DNA of 63,949 nucleotides, the filler included, from Octopus bimaculoides (lineage: Eukaryota), in assembly GCF_001194135.2 (NCBI RefSeq). It is 6 parts of 6 records of this genome, joined end to end, with 100 filler letters (N's around TTAATTAATTAA, not from the genome) between each part and the next. Parts side by side here need not be neighbours in the genome. Positions count along the whole stretch, not along the records: positions 1 to 6,458 come from NC_069000.1; positions 6,559 to 36,697 come from NC_068982.1; 4 more parts are not named here. The stretch is one strand, 5' to 3'. The position numbers and the translations under genes were made by a program. This document shows positions 1-10,763 of this stretch, in pieces (the first letter of the stretch is position 1; every line of letters begins with the position of its first letter). A model generated the notes under the pieces. It made no database searches. It was not told the origin of the DNA and was given only the letters and a program-made list of their open reading frames with translations.

Positions 1-14
1 ATATATATATATAT

Positions 15-72
15 ACCGCGATCCTATGACCGCGAGTCCGCTGCCCTAACCACTGGGCCATTGCGCCTCCAC
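15..72 (-). mobile_element. tRNA-derived SINE head (family A, head A1), truncated
   Basis: 58 nt identical to 47227-47284; the reverse complement GTGGAGGCGCAATGGCCCAGTGGTTAGGGCAGCGGACTCGCGG has an A-box-like TGGCCCAGTGG. Confidence 0.85.
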
Positions 73-211
73 AAATTCAGAGGATATACCGTATTCTATA
101 TGGAAAGTTTGGCTGCTATTTCTAGGAAAGCAAACGACCATGATTAGGATCCTTTTGTGGTTCGTTTTAATGTCTGCGATGCATTATGATAAAGAAAAAC
201 GAAGACCTTAC

Positions 212-242
212 CTATCGCCTTGGCCATCTCTGTATTTTCTCT
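212..242 (-). other. Candidate exon 3' end (ATG GCC AAG GCG ATA G | GTAAGG)
   Basis: Strong donor ATAG|GTAAGG at 212/211. Either a 27-31 nt micro-exon (CTAAT at 259-263, AG options at 243, 241, 239) or the end of a longer first exon in the unique DNA at 212-600. Confidence 0.35.
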
Positions 243-602
243 CTTAAGAGCAAATATAATTAGGGGGAAGATGAGAAAATGAAACACTACATTAAAAATG
301 GGGTCAGATTCATCAGTGAACCCACTACAGCTGATTTTGTAATAAATAGTTTAAAAGCCCGTATGTTCTCCAGCAGTACGTCTAACCGGAGGCCATGATA
401 AGACGTGGAACGCCCCGTTTTGATTGAAAAAAATGGCATTTCGAATGAGTGATAAAAGGAAGGTGGCTTGCCCAAGAGGGAATTAAAGGGGTGAAATGAA
501 GTTCTTCTTCTAACGCAACGCTTTGCCTTTTTTTTCCCCTTTGACTTTAACATGGTGGGGGCTTTCTTTCTCCACCTTCCAAATTCTAACTGTTTACAGC
601 AA

Positions 603-666
<64 letters not shown>

Positions 667-759
667 TGAGCATGTATGTATGTAATTATATATGTATGTG
701 TATATACGTATACGCATATATATGCGCACGCAAACATATGCAAGATGAAAGGAAGATAA

Positions 760-932
760 GTGTCAAAGAAAGCAAGGAGATATAGATATAGATGTGGAAG
801 TTGGGATGAGATGAAGGGTAAAGAGAAGTGAAAAGATTGTTAAAGAAGAAAGGAAGGGAAGAAGGAATCAAGAAAAAGGAAAAGGAAATCGAGAAAGAAG
901 TACGTGAGAGAGAGAGGGGGGGGAGAAAGAAA

Positions 933-968
<36 letters not shown>

Positions 969-1262
969 AGAGAATGTTTGTGTGTGTGTGTGTTTGACGG
1001 AGGAAGAGTTAAAGTGAGGGGAAAAGAATAAAGGAAAGAATAAAAAATGGAAGAGCAAAAAGAAAGAAATTCGATCGGGATAGAAATGGAGAAAATTAAG
1101 ATTTACGCAAGGTGGAACAACGAAAGAAATTCAAACAGGAAAGACGGAACGGAAGAGCATGTAAGAGAAAGGGAGAAAGGCAGAGAGACAGAGGGAGAGA
1201 GAAGGAAAGAGATAGAGAGACAAAGACGGCGAGAAGGAGAAAGAGAGAGAGAGAGAGAGAGG
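760..1262. repeat. Purine-rich (GA/GAAA) low-complexity tract
   Basis: Strongly A/G-biased plus strand with (GAAA)n and (GA)n. Confidence 0.85.
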
Positions 1263-1471
1263 GGTGGTTGAAAGTCAGTGATTAAACCAACCCATTTGTT
1301 GTTCATTTTCTGTTGCTTTTTTAAATGATTTACTGTTATTTTTTGCCGACTATTTTCAGAGGCTGTGATTCTTTCAAGGAGAAATTGATAGCGAGAGGCA
1401 AGTGATAAGAAAAGAAACAAGTAGGGAGCTGAAACTAGAGACGTTGAACCAAGCGAATGGAAAAGAAAGCG

Positions 1472-1500
1472 TCGTCTGCTGGGCGGAGCTGAGCAGACGA
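1472..1500. promoter_or_regulatory. GC-box inside a 9-bp inverted repeat
   Basis: TCGTCTGCT-GGGCGGAGCTG-AGCAGACGA, in CpG-containing non-repeat DNA between GA tracts. Confidence 0.25.
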
Positions 1501-1740
1501 TTAGAAGAGCAGACGGTACAAAATGGAAGGCGAGAAGGGCAGAGAGAAAGCGAAAGAGAAAGTGAGAGGGGAAGCGAAATAAAGAAAAAGAGAGAGAGGG
1601 GAAGCGAAAGAGAGAAAGAAAAGAAACCTGACTTGGCAGATTACATATGAGCATTTGACGAAAAGATTCTGACCTGAGATTAGCGTGACAAGTGGAGTTA
1701 GTTGAAGGGGTTATACATACATGTATGTACGTATATATGT

Positions 1741-2165
1741 ACGTTCATTGACATTTTTCTCAACGATGCTTCATACATAGTAGTCCAGTGAATTGAGATC
1801 TGGAGAATTAGGAGGTCAAATATCGGGGGTGATATGATAATGCAAATTGTAGGCCATCCGTTCTTGTGTCATTTGAGCTTTGTGTGATGGTCTCAATATA
1901 CGCAGCAGTATTCATCCTAAAGGCCTTGTGGGAAAAAGTGAGGAGGTATCATATGTCCTTCATTGCTAACAATACCCAAAACCATGAAACTTGCAGGAAA
2001 TTTTGTGTGCATTACTCTTGGAACCGCAGAAGGATCTGCACATAACCATCTGTCATTTCTTCTGTTAGTTTTCTGGTCCTGGTCAAAGTTTTTCTCATTT
2101 GAGAAAAACCAAATCACACCATCTTATGATGGATTTTTAAGTTTGTTCTTTTGGATCTGATTAAA
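1741..2165 (-). mobile_element. Tc1/mariner DD37D (maT-like) transposase fragment, internally deleted
   Basis: WFFSNEKNFDQDQK...VMHTKFPASFMVLGIVSNEGHMIPPHFFPQGL and, in another frame, I*PPNSPDLNSLDYYV; homologous to 53260-53700. Confidence 0.85.
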
Positions 2166-2247
2166 CGGTTTTCTTTTGTTTTTTCTGTCACGTAAGATTT
2201 GCATCTGATGTCTTCATGTTCAATATTTCTGATTGTTTTATATATAT

Positions 2248-2304
<57 letters not shown>

Positions 2305-3234
2305 NNNNNNNNNNNNNNNNNNNNNNNNNNNNNNNNNNNNNNNNNNNNNNNNNNNNNNNNNNNNNNNNNNNNNNNNNNNNNNNNNNNNNNNNNNNNNNNN
2401 NNNNNNNNNNNNNNNNNNNNNNNNNNNNNNNNNNNNNNNNNNNNNNNNNNNNNNNNNNNNNNNNNNNNNNNNNNNNNNNNNNNNNNNNNNNNNNNNNNNN
2501 NNNNNNNNNNNNNNNNNNNNNNNNNNNNNNNNNNNNNNNNNNNNNNNNNNNNNNNNNNNNNNNNNNNNNNNNNNNNNNNNNNNNNNNNNNNNNNNNNNNN
2601 NNNNNNNNNNNNNNNNNNNNNNNNNNNNNNNNNNNNNNNNNNNNNNNNNNNNNNNNNNNNNNNNNNNNNNNNNNNNNNNNNNNNNNNNNNNNNNNNNNNN
2701 NNNNNNNNNNNNNNNNNNNNNNNNNNNNNNNNNNNNNNNNNNNNNNNNNNNNNNNNNNNNNNNNNNNNNNNNNNNNNNNNNNNNNNNNNNNNNNNNNNNN
2801 NNNNNNNNNNNNNNNNNNNNNNNNNNNNNNNNNNNNNNNNNNNNNNNNNNNNNNNNNNNNNNNNNNNNNNNNNNNNNNNNNNNNNNNNNNNNNNNNNNNN
2901 NNNNNNNNNNNNNNNNNNNNNNNNNNNNNNNNNNNNNNNNNNNNNNNNNNNNNNNNNNNNNNNNNNNNNNNNNNNNNNNNNNNNNNNNNNNNNNNNNNNN
3001 NNNNNNNNNNNNNNNNNNNNNNNNNNNNNNNNNNNNNNNNNNNNNNNNNNNNNNNNNNNNNNNNNNNNNNNNNNNNNNNNNNNNNNNNNNNNNNNNNNNN
3101 NNNNNNNNNNNNNNNNNNNNNNNNNNNNNNNNNNNNNNNNNNNNNNNNNNNNNNNNNNNNNNNNNNNNNNNNNNNNNNNNNNNNNNNNNNNNNNNNNNNN
3201 NNNNNNNTATATATATATATATATATATATGTAT

Positions 3235-3509
3235 GCGGAGGCGCAATGGCCTAGTGGTTAGGGCAGCGGTTTCGATTTACAGACCGGGCGATGTGAGTGT
3301 TTATTGAGCGAAAACACCTAAAGCTCCCACAAGGCTCTGACAGGGGGTGATGGCGAACCCTGCTATACTCTTTCACCACAACTTTCTTTCACTCTTTCTT
3401 CCAGTTTCTGTTGTACCTGCATTTCAAAGGGCCAGCCTTGTCATACTCTGTGTCACGCTGAATCTCCCCGAGAACTTTGTTAAAGGTACACGTGTCTGTG
3501 GAGTGCTCA
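3235..3509 (+). mobile_element. SINE family A (head A1 + tail Y), 22-bp head deletion, 3'-truncated
   Basis: Colinear with the reverse complement of 46896-47284. Confidence 0.85.
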
Positions 3510-3599
3510 TATGTAAGTATATACATATGTATGTAAATATATATATATATGTATGTATATATATGTGTGTGTGTGTGTATTTGTGCGTACGTATATCCA

Positions 3600-3630
<31 letters not shown>

Positions 3631-4180
3631 ATTTAGCACGTAAAACCTAAGTTGGATGTGTTACGTACATGATTTGTGTTGTTTTACAACTTTCATCTGG
3701 CGTTTATTTTATTTATTTATGCATTTTCTTTATTATTATTTTTTTTTAATGTAATGAAGTCTATCATCAGTGTAATATCATCGGTGTAATTTCGTGTTCT
3801 TTACTCGTATTTTCGTTTATTTTCCTTTAATTAAAAATATTCCAGTCAGAGACGATCTTCCTTCCTTCGCGCCAACATGTCGAAGAATGCCCCCTGGCGA
3901 CTTCCTTAAGAAACGTCATGTGTTTGTCATGAAATTTTTGTCACAGACTACAATAGGAGTTTGTCGTTATCTTCTATCCCCAACATTTTTTCTTTTTTTT
4001 CTTCAGCAAAGCGTTCAGTTGTCAGCTACAGCCATGTTTGAGAGTAAAAAAAGATCGATTCAAATTTTATTTACAGACCTCAAGAGGACGAACAGCAATG
4101 CTAACTCTAATGGAATTTGAACTCAGGACGCTGCAGACCGGAATAAAGATCACAGATATTGTAAAGTCTGGTACTTATTG

Positions 4181-4340
4181 CATTGGCTCGTTTTGCAACC
4201 ACGTGGTTTCCGTTTCGGGCCCACTACACAGCACCTTGGACAAGCGTCTTCTAGTATAGCTCCGGGCCGATCAATATCTTGTGAGTGAATTTGTTAAACG
4301 GAAACAGTGCGGAAACCTGTCTTCTGTGTGTGTGCATGTG

Positions 4341-4372
<32 letters not shown>

Positions 4373-4568
4373 TGTATGTATGTATGTATGTGTCTTTCAG
4401 TTTCTGTTTGTCCCCCACACTGCTAGACAATCGATGTTGGTTCGTTTACGTCCCTCTAAGTCGGCAAAAGGGCCAATGCAATAAGTACCAGACTTTACAA
4501 TAAGTACCCTTCAATGCGATGCCCCTGTATGGCCCTAGTGAAATGATTGAAATAAATAAAAGACAATT
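4181..4568 (+). mobile_element. SINE family B (tRNA head, CORE-like centre, internal microsatellite, tail), diverged
   Basis: CACCTTGGACAAGCGTCTTCTAGTATAGC, internal (TATG)n, then TGTTTGTCCCCC...AATAAGTACC tail; matches 10018-10405. Confidence 0.75.
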
Positions 4569-4738
4569 TTTAATAATATACGAAGAGTTGCTGTATTATC
4601 ACGTGTTGCTGCCATAACATGTGACTTAGCAGTACGATCGATGAACCGTGAAATAACATAATAATTATAATTATTTATGTTTATTCTGTGTGTGCGTGTG
4701 TGTGTGTGTGCGTGCGTGCGTGCGTGTGTGTGTGTTTG

Positions 4739-4780
<42 letters not shown>

Positions 4781-5808
4781 NNNNNNNNNNNNNNNNNNNN
4801 NNNNNNNNNNNNNNNNNNNNNNNNNNNNNNNNNNNNNNNNNNNNNNNNNNNNNNNNNNNNNNNNNNNNNNNNNNNNNNNNNNNNNNNNNNNNNNNNNNNN
4901 NNNNNNNNNNNNNNNNNNNNNNNNNNNNNNNNNNNNNNNNNNNNNNNNNNNNNNNNNNNNNNNNNNNNNNNNNNNNNNNNNNNNNNNNNNNNNNNNNNNN
5001 NNNNNNNNNNNNNNNNNNNNNNNNNNNNNNNNNNNNNNNNNNNNNNNNNNNNNNNNNNNNNNNNNNNNNNNNNNNNNNNNNNNNNNNNNNNNNNNNNNNN
5101 NNNNNNNNNNNNNNNNNNNNNNNNNNNNNNNNNNNNNNNNNNNNNNNNNNNNNNNNNNNNNNNNNNNNNNNNNNNNNNNNNNNNNNNNNNNNNNNNNNNN
5201 NNNNNNNNNNNNNNNNNNNNNNNNNNNNNNNNNNNNNNNNNNNNNNNNNNNNNNNNNNNNNNNNNNNNNNNNNNNNNNNNNNNNNNNNNNNNNNNNNNNN
5301 NNNNNNNNNNNNNNNNNNNNNNNNNNNNNNNNNNNNNNNNNNNNNNNNNNNNNNNNNNNNNNNNNNNNNNNNNNNNNNNNNNNNNNNNNNNNNNNNNNNN
5401 NNNNNNNNNNNNNNNNNNNNNNNNNNNNNNNNNNNNNNNNNNNNNNNNNNNNNNNNNNNNNNNNNNNNNNNNNNNNNNNNNNNNNNNNNNNNNNNNNNNN
5501 NNNNNNNNNNNNNNNNNNNNNNNNNNNNNNNNNNNNNNNNNNNNNNNNNNNNNNNNNNNNNNNNNNNNNNNNNNNNNNNNNNNNNNNNNNNNNNNNNNNN
5601 NNNNNNNNNNNNNNNNNNGTTTTTCTCCTTGTCTCCGTATTCTTTCCGTATTCCCGAGCGTCATACTAATATATACTTTTGTTATTTACACCACCTGTCC
5701 TCGTCTGTTGTTATTATTTGTATATTCTTCCATATATACATACATACATGCATAATAGACAGATAGACAAACAGAGAGACAGACAGACAGGCAGACAGAC
5801 AGACAAAC

Positions 5809-5824
<16 letters not shown>

Positions 5825-5844
<20 letters not shown>

Positions 5845-6012
5845 GCGCTTCTCATTGTTTTACCCTTCGAATGATGCCACCCCGCTGGGTAGGCGAGAAG
5901 GCCCCCATTGCCATCTGATCAGAAGACTGGAGCAAAGGGAACACAACGCACCGCCCAGTCCGGAAATTGAACTCACGATCGCTAGATCGTGAGTGCGACT
6001 CCCCAACCACGA
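5825..6012 (-). mobile_element. SINE with head A2 and a third tail type (Z)
   Basis: Reverse complement GTGGTTGGGGAGTCGCACTCACGATC...GTGAGTTCAATTTCCGG matches the head at 13790-13867; the tail differs from X and Y. Confidence 0.55.
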
Positions 6013-6502
6013 ACCTTCATAGATATATACGTGTCGGTGTGGGGGTGTATGCGTGCGTGTGTGTGTGTGTATATAACGTATATATTACATTATGTGCGAA
6101 TGTATGAGTGAGTAAAAGTGTTAAGAATGGGGAAAAGAAAAAGAGATGAACTCTTTGATGAAGAAATGCTCCTTTTTGAAGTGTATTACTAGCGGGATTA
6201 GATAACCCAGTTAAATACCCTCGGCTTCCAGCAGTGTTGGATCCGCTCATGGTCCAATGTTGACTTAACACACATACACACACGCATACATACACGCATA
6301 CACACACATACACACACATACACACACACATATAATAGATACATGCATATATACATACATACATACAATTACGCATGTATGTATATATATAATATATGTG
6401 TATGTATACGTATGTATATGGAGAGAAATATACATTTGCATATATATATATATATATANNNNNNNNNNNNNNNNNNNNNNNNNNNNNNNNNNNNNNNNNN
6501 NN

Positions 6503-6514
6503 TTAATTAATTAA
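6503..6514. other. Assembly spacer TTAATTAATTAA inside a 100-bp gap (N44-12-N44); also at 36742, 38811, 58233, 62825
   Basis: Identical 12-mer with stops in all six frames, always embedded in N runs. Confidence 0.95.
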
Positions 6515-6558
6515 NNNNNNNNNNNNNNNNNNNNNNNNNNNNNNNNNNNNNNNNNNNN

Positions 6559-7108
6559 GAAACCGTTCTGCACGCACTCGTGCAGTGTCCAACCATTTCG
6601 GAGTTGTGGGCTTATGTCGAACGACTGCTGTCACGTGTGGGACGAGTCGGTTTATCAACCGAGGCTATCGTCAATATCGTCACGCCTCCTTCCTTTAAAC
6701 GGGAAGGAAGAGCTGTATTTATCGTGCTTGTGGCTATGGCGAAAGAATGCATCAGATGGACGCGTCTGAAAGGATTAGAGACAAACACTTTCCTCTCTGG
6801 TCAATCTCTCATCAACTTTTTCAAGTATCACTTGAAAAGGAAGGTGAGAGTAGAGAGGCAAGTGTTGTCTAGCAAATGTTTCGAAAAAAGATGGATACAT
6901 GTAGCAAGAATGGCACGTATAAATGACGAAGCCACCTTGACCATGATTCTATAAAAAGTTTAAAAATCTTGTAAACAGAGAGTTACTTACGTTTCTTGCA
7001 TAAATAAAAGAAATTTTATTTAAAAAATTGTGACACTAAGGACCTAGGTTACCGTGGTCTTTTCGTAGGTTTTTCTTTCCACGGATAACCTCCCCATTTA
7101 TTGGGAAT
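6559..7108 (+). mobile_element. L1/Tx1-clade LINE: ORF2 C-terminus and start of 3' UTR
   Basis: ETVLHALVQC (end of the CCHC zinc knuckle) followed by ...KRKVRVERQVLSSKCFEKRW...; ORF stops at 6954; 7071-7108 matches 58148-58186 inverted. Confidence 0.8.
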
Positions 7109-7118
7109 NNNNNNNNNN

Positions 7119-7214
<96 letters not shown>

Positions 7215-7750
7215 CGCACTAACACATATAAGTGCGTACGCGCGCGCGCTTATGAGTGGAATATTGTAATTGAAAAGTCAGTTTTGCATTTTAATACTCT
7301 GTAATCCAACTGTAAATAAAAAAATTAGAATGTTTATGGAAAAAACGCTTAATGTCATTTCCTTTGGTATATTATTTCACATATGCACACGCACATACTC
7401 AATACATAATTTATACATTCTTCAACTGCTAAAACCGAATTCGTTCCAGGATTCATTTTCGTATATCATAATTTCTTCTTTGATTTGAATGTTCAATGTT
7501 TTTTGAATATCTTTCAGTAGACCTGATATCAAAAACTGAAAAAAAAAAAAAAAGACCAAATCCATAACAATCAGATCTAGACATTTGTACATTATTTACA
7601 TTATTTACAATTGACGGATATTTGTTTTCATCTTGTTTGTTGTTAGGTGTCTTGGTTGAAATTTCGAACTTGGGTTCTCATTCCTAAGGTATTTTTCGAT
7701 GTTGTTACTATTATTATTAATCAGGTGTATGCACGTATAATATCATACCC

Positions 7751-7826
7751 GTAGGCATATGGCGTAGTGGTTAAGAGCGCGGGCTACTAACCCCAAGATT
7801 CCGAGTTCGATTCCAGGCAGTGACCT
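7751..7826 (+). other. tRNA-like Pol III head (not a canonical tRNA gene)
   Basis: A box TGGCGTAGTGG (7760-7770), anticodon-like arm GGG-CTACTAA-CCC, B box GTTCGATTCC (7805-7814); poor acceptor stem. Confidence 0.75.
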
Positions 7827-7913
7827 GAATAATAATAATAATAATAATAATGACAACAACAACATCGAAAAATACCTTAGGAATGAGAACCCAGGTTCGA
7901 AATTTCCCCAAGA

Positions 7914-7955
7914 CACCTGATGAAGGCTGGAGGGTATATCAGCAGAAACGTTGTG
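7914..7955 (+). ncRNA. Minimal type I hammerhead ribozyme motif
   Basis: Stem I CAC/GTG; core CTGATGA (7917-7923); stem II GCTG/CAGC; GAAA (7945-7948); palindromic AACGTT in place of helix III. Confidence 0.65.
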
Positions 7956-8149
7956 CTAACAACAAACAAGATGAGGACAAATATCCGTCAATTGTAAATA
8001 ATGTACATAATTCCTCATCTCTTAAATATAGAACTGTCTAGACATTTGTGTCACCAAAGTGGTTCATATCTACCCCAGCAACAGTTTATAAATAATGCAT
8101 TAAGTCAGCATCACACAGTAAAACTCTTGCGTAGGTGCGTGTCAGTTTG

Positions 8150-8560
8150 ATATAGAAATGTGCTGAAGAATATTCTTTTCCATTTTATGTCTTGTACTGA
8201 AACTTATTTCAGTTTCTTCAAGTAAGTATAGTTTGTTATAATAGTATCAATAAACAAATAGGAGCCAAGTAAATGACTTGTGTAGCCAAGCCAAACAGTA
8301 AATTTTGGCAATTGAAAGCAACGATCATAACCCCATTCTCCACATTTAAACTTGTTGACAGTGAGCACAAGATGAAAGAAAAGTTTTATTCATCACTAAA
8401 TAAACCCTTCTTAACGTAGTCTGTATCAAAGGCTATTTGGTGAACAACCTGTTCACACTACATCGCAAGCCATGTACATTTATCATCGTCAGAAAATTTT
8501 ATGAACCGCTGACAAGTGAAAAGTTTTCTTGTCACAAGATTTTAAACACCTTTAGATAGA
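8150..8560 (-). mobile_element. Possible heavily decayed piggyBac-like transposase remnant
   Basis: Across shifting frames: VTRKLFTCQRFIKFSDD, GLFSDE, SYLFIDTIITNYTYLKKLK, loosely resembling piggyBac RF..I.R.LHF.D, SIDE and HLYFDNFFTS motifs; many stops. Confidence 0.35.
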
Positions 8561-8909
8561 ATGATGCGAGATGGAGTTACTTTTCCAGCTTCCTGCATTG
8601 AACCCTGTGGATCTGGTTGATAATGAAAGGTAACAGAATGTTGTGTTTCACTGAGGTGTGTGGCATTGCAGACCTACAGATATCTTCAAATGAGCCTGTA
8701 GCTTTAAATCGTTTGAAGAGCGACATGTTTAGAAGAGCGATGATTTATTTTTTCTTTAAACATACCACGTGCATGCACATACGTTCATATATTTCCTCAT
8801 CTTTTGATAATGTCATATGTCAAAATAAAAACAAACAAACTGAAAAGGTAGCAAAATAGAAAATAAAAAATTTCATATTTAAATGCCAAAAGGACTTCTG
8901 TGTCATTGT

Positions 8910-8910
8910 A

Positions 8911-9005
<95 letters not shown>

Positions 9006-9138
9006 TTGTCTGCCTGTCTGTTCAATCTGTCTGTTTATCTGTCCATTCAATCTGAGTGTTTATCTGTCTGTTTCTCTGTCTGTTTGTTTGTCTGTCTGTC
9101 TGTCTGCCTGTCTGTCTGTCTGTCTGTCTGTCTCTCCA

Positions 9139-9199
<61 letters not shown>

Positions 9200-9285
9200 T
9201 TAATCTGTCTGTATGTTTATTTCTCTCTCTCTCTCTCTCCCATCTATCTATCCCTATGCCTGTCTCTCTCTCTCTCTCTCTCTAA
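8910..9285. repeat. Compound (TATC)n/(TGTC)n/(TC)n microsatellite
   Basis: Directly visible tandem tetramers. Confidence 0.95.
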
Positions 9286-10017
9286 CTCTGCATATATATA
9301 TTGTGTATGTACATATGTATGTGGAGTGCGTGCGTGTGCGCGAGATTGTGTGTGTGTATGTGTGTGTGTGAGTGTGTGCGTGCTCGCTTCTGTGTATGTT
9401 TATAATTTTAGGAGTGCTATAAAATATGTGTACCTATATTAACATGAGTCTGGATATCTATATATGTGTATCAATGTACTTATGGGTGTATTTATTTGTA
9501 TGTGCATGTGAGAGTAGGTGGGTACGTATGTGTCAATCTATATAACATAATATCGGGTTCCGAAACGATTAAATAACTGCATTTTAACTATTTCATTGAT
9601 GAATATAAGTTATGTTGGTGAGTATATATGAGCGTAATACATTTATGTTTATGTCTTTGATTTATACTTTTAAATCTTTGATGCTCTAGTTTTACATACT
9701 CGTTTGATCTACGTGATCAATTAACCAAATCACAATTTAATAACATCCTATTAGATTTGAAAATTTGAAGGACACATTGCGGAACGATATTTCTCAGTAA
9801 GCACAATGACGTGATGGTCACTACTGGAATGTGTTTTATCATGGTATTGCAGCAAGAAATATCAACGTGTTTTAGCGACATTGTTTATTTATTGTATGAT
9901 TACCTTAAATCCAATGTTAAATTCTTTGATAAATTATGGTTGCGGAACTGGACTATGATTTATCCTGGATAATTAGTTACCAAGGATTGTTATTCCGACC
10001 TCTACATACGCAAACTC

Positions 10018-10237
10018 TTTTACTCTTTTACTCTTTTACTTGTTTCAGTCATTTGACTGTGGCCATGCTGGAGCACCGCCTTTAGTCGAACACATCGATC
10101 CCAGGACTTATTCTTTAGAAGCCTAGTACTTATTATATCGGTCCCTTTTGCCGAACCGCTAAGTTACGGGATCATAAACACACCAGAATCGGTTGTCAAG
10201 CGATGTTGGGGGGACAAACACAGACACACAAACACAT

Positions 10238-10271
<34 letters not shown>

Positions 10272-10405
10272 ATATATACGACGGGCTTCTTTCAGTTTCC
10301 ATCTACCAAATCCACTCACAAGGCTTTGGTCGGCCCGAGGCTATAGTAGAAGACACTTTCCCAAGGTGCCACGCAGTGGGACTGAACCCGGGACCATGTG
10401 GTTAG
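10018..10405 (-). mobile_element. SINE family B, near full length, well preserved
   Basis: Head GGTCCCGGGTTCAGTCCCACTGCGTGGCACCTTGGGAAAGTGTCTTC, internal (TA)/(TG)n, tail ending (TAAAAGAG)n. Confidence 0.9.
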
Positions 10406-10444
10406 ATTTTCGTCCAACTAAGAAGAAAATGATCATTTACATTT

Positions 10445-10698
10445 TTTTTTTCTTTTTGCGTACATCACTCAGTAGATCAAAACCCATCTGAATTAAATTA
10501 ACAGTAGTCTCACAGACACAAATATGTATCTATGCATACATATGTGTGCAAATGCGTGTGAGAATGCGTCTGTGTATGCATGCACGAAATAATCTATCTG
10601 TGCATGTCTGTAAATTATTATGCATGTATTTATGAATGCAGATACATATCTATATACGTGTGCGTATATGTATGCGTGTACGTGTGTGTGTGTATGTA

Positions 10699-10763
<65 letters not shown>

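Larger units (their letters stand above)
7589..8036 (+). mobile_element. Non-autonomous element: inverted tail copy + tRNA-like head + (AAT)n + Penelope-type tail with hammerhead motif
   Basis: 13-bp direct repeat TCTAGACATTTGT at 7576-7588 and 8037-8049; 7589-7726 is an inverted copy of about 7822-8006. Confidence 0.8.

Noticed and set aside
287-600. About 104-codon non-repeat frame (KKAPTMLKSKG...) as a CDS
   Set aside because: No recognisable domain or supporting splice structure; begins in a (CA)n tract
6160-6270. 45-nt minus-strand exon STLDHERIQHCWKPR
   Set aside because: Acceptor is (TG)n-AAG, donor GTATTT is weak, and phase 1 gives a stop
7751-7826. tRNA gene with ACT anticodon
   Set aside because: Poor acceptor stem, no long variable arm expected for Ser, no poly-T terminator, embedded in a TSD-flanked element
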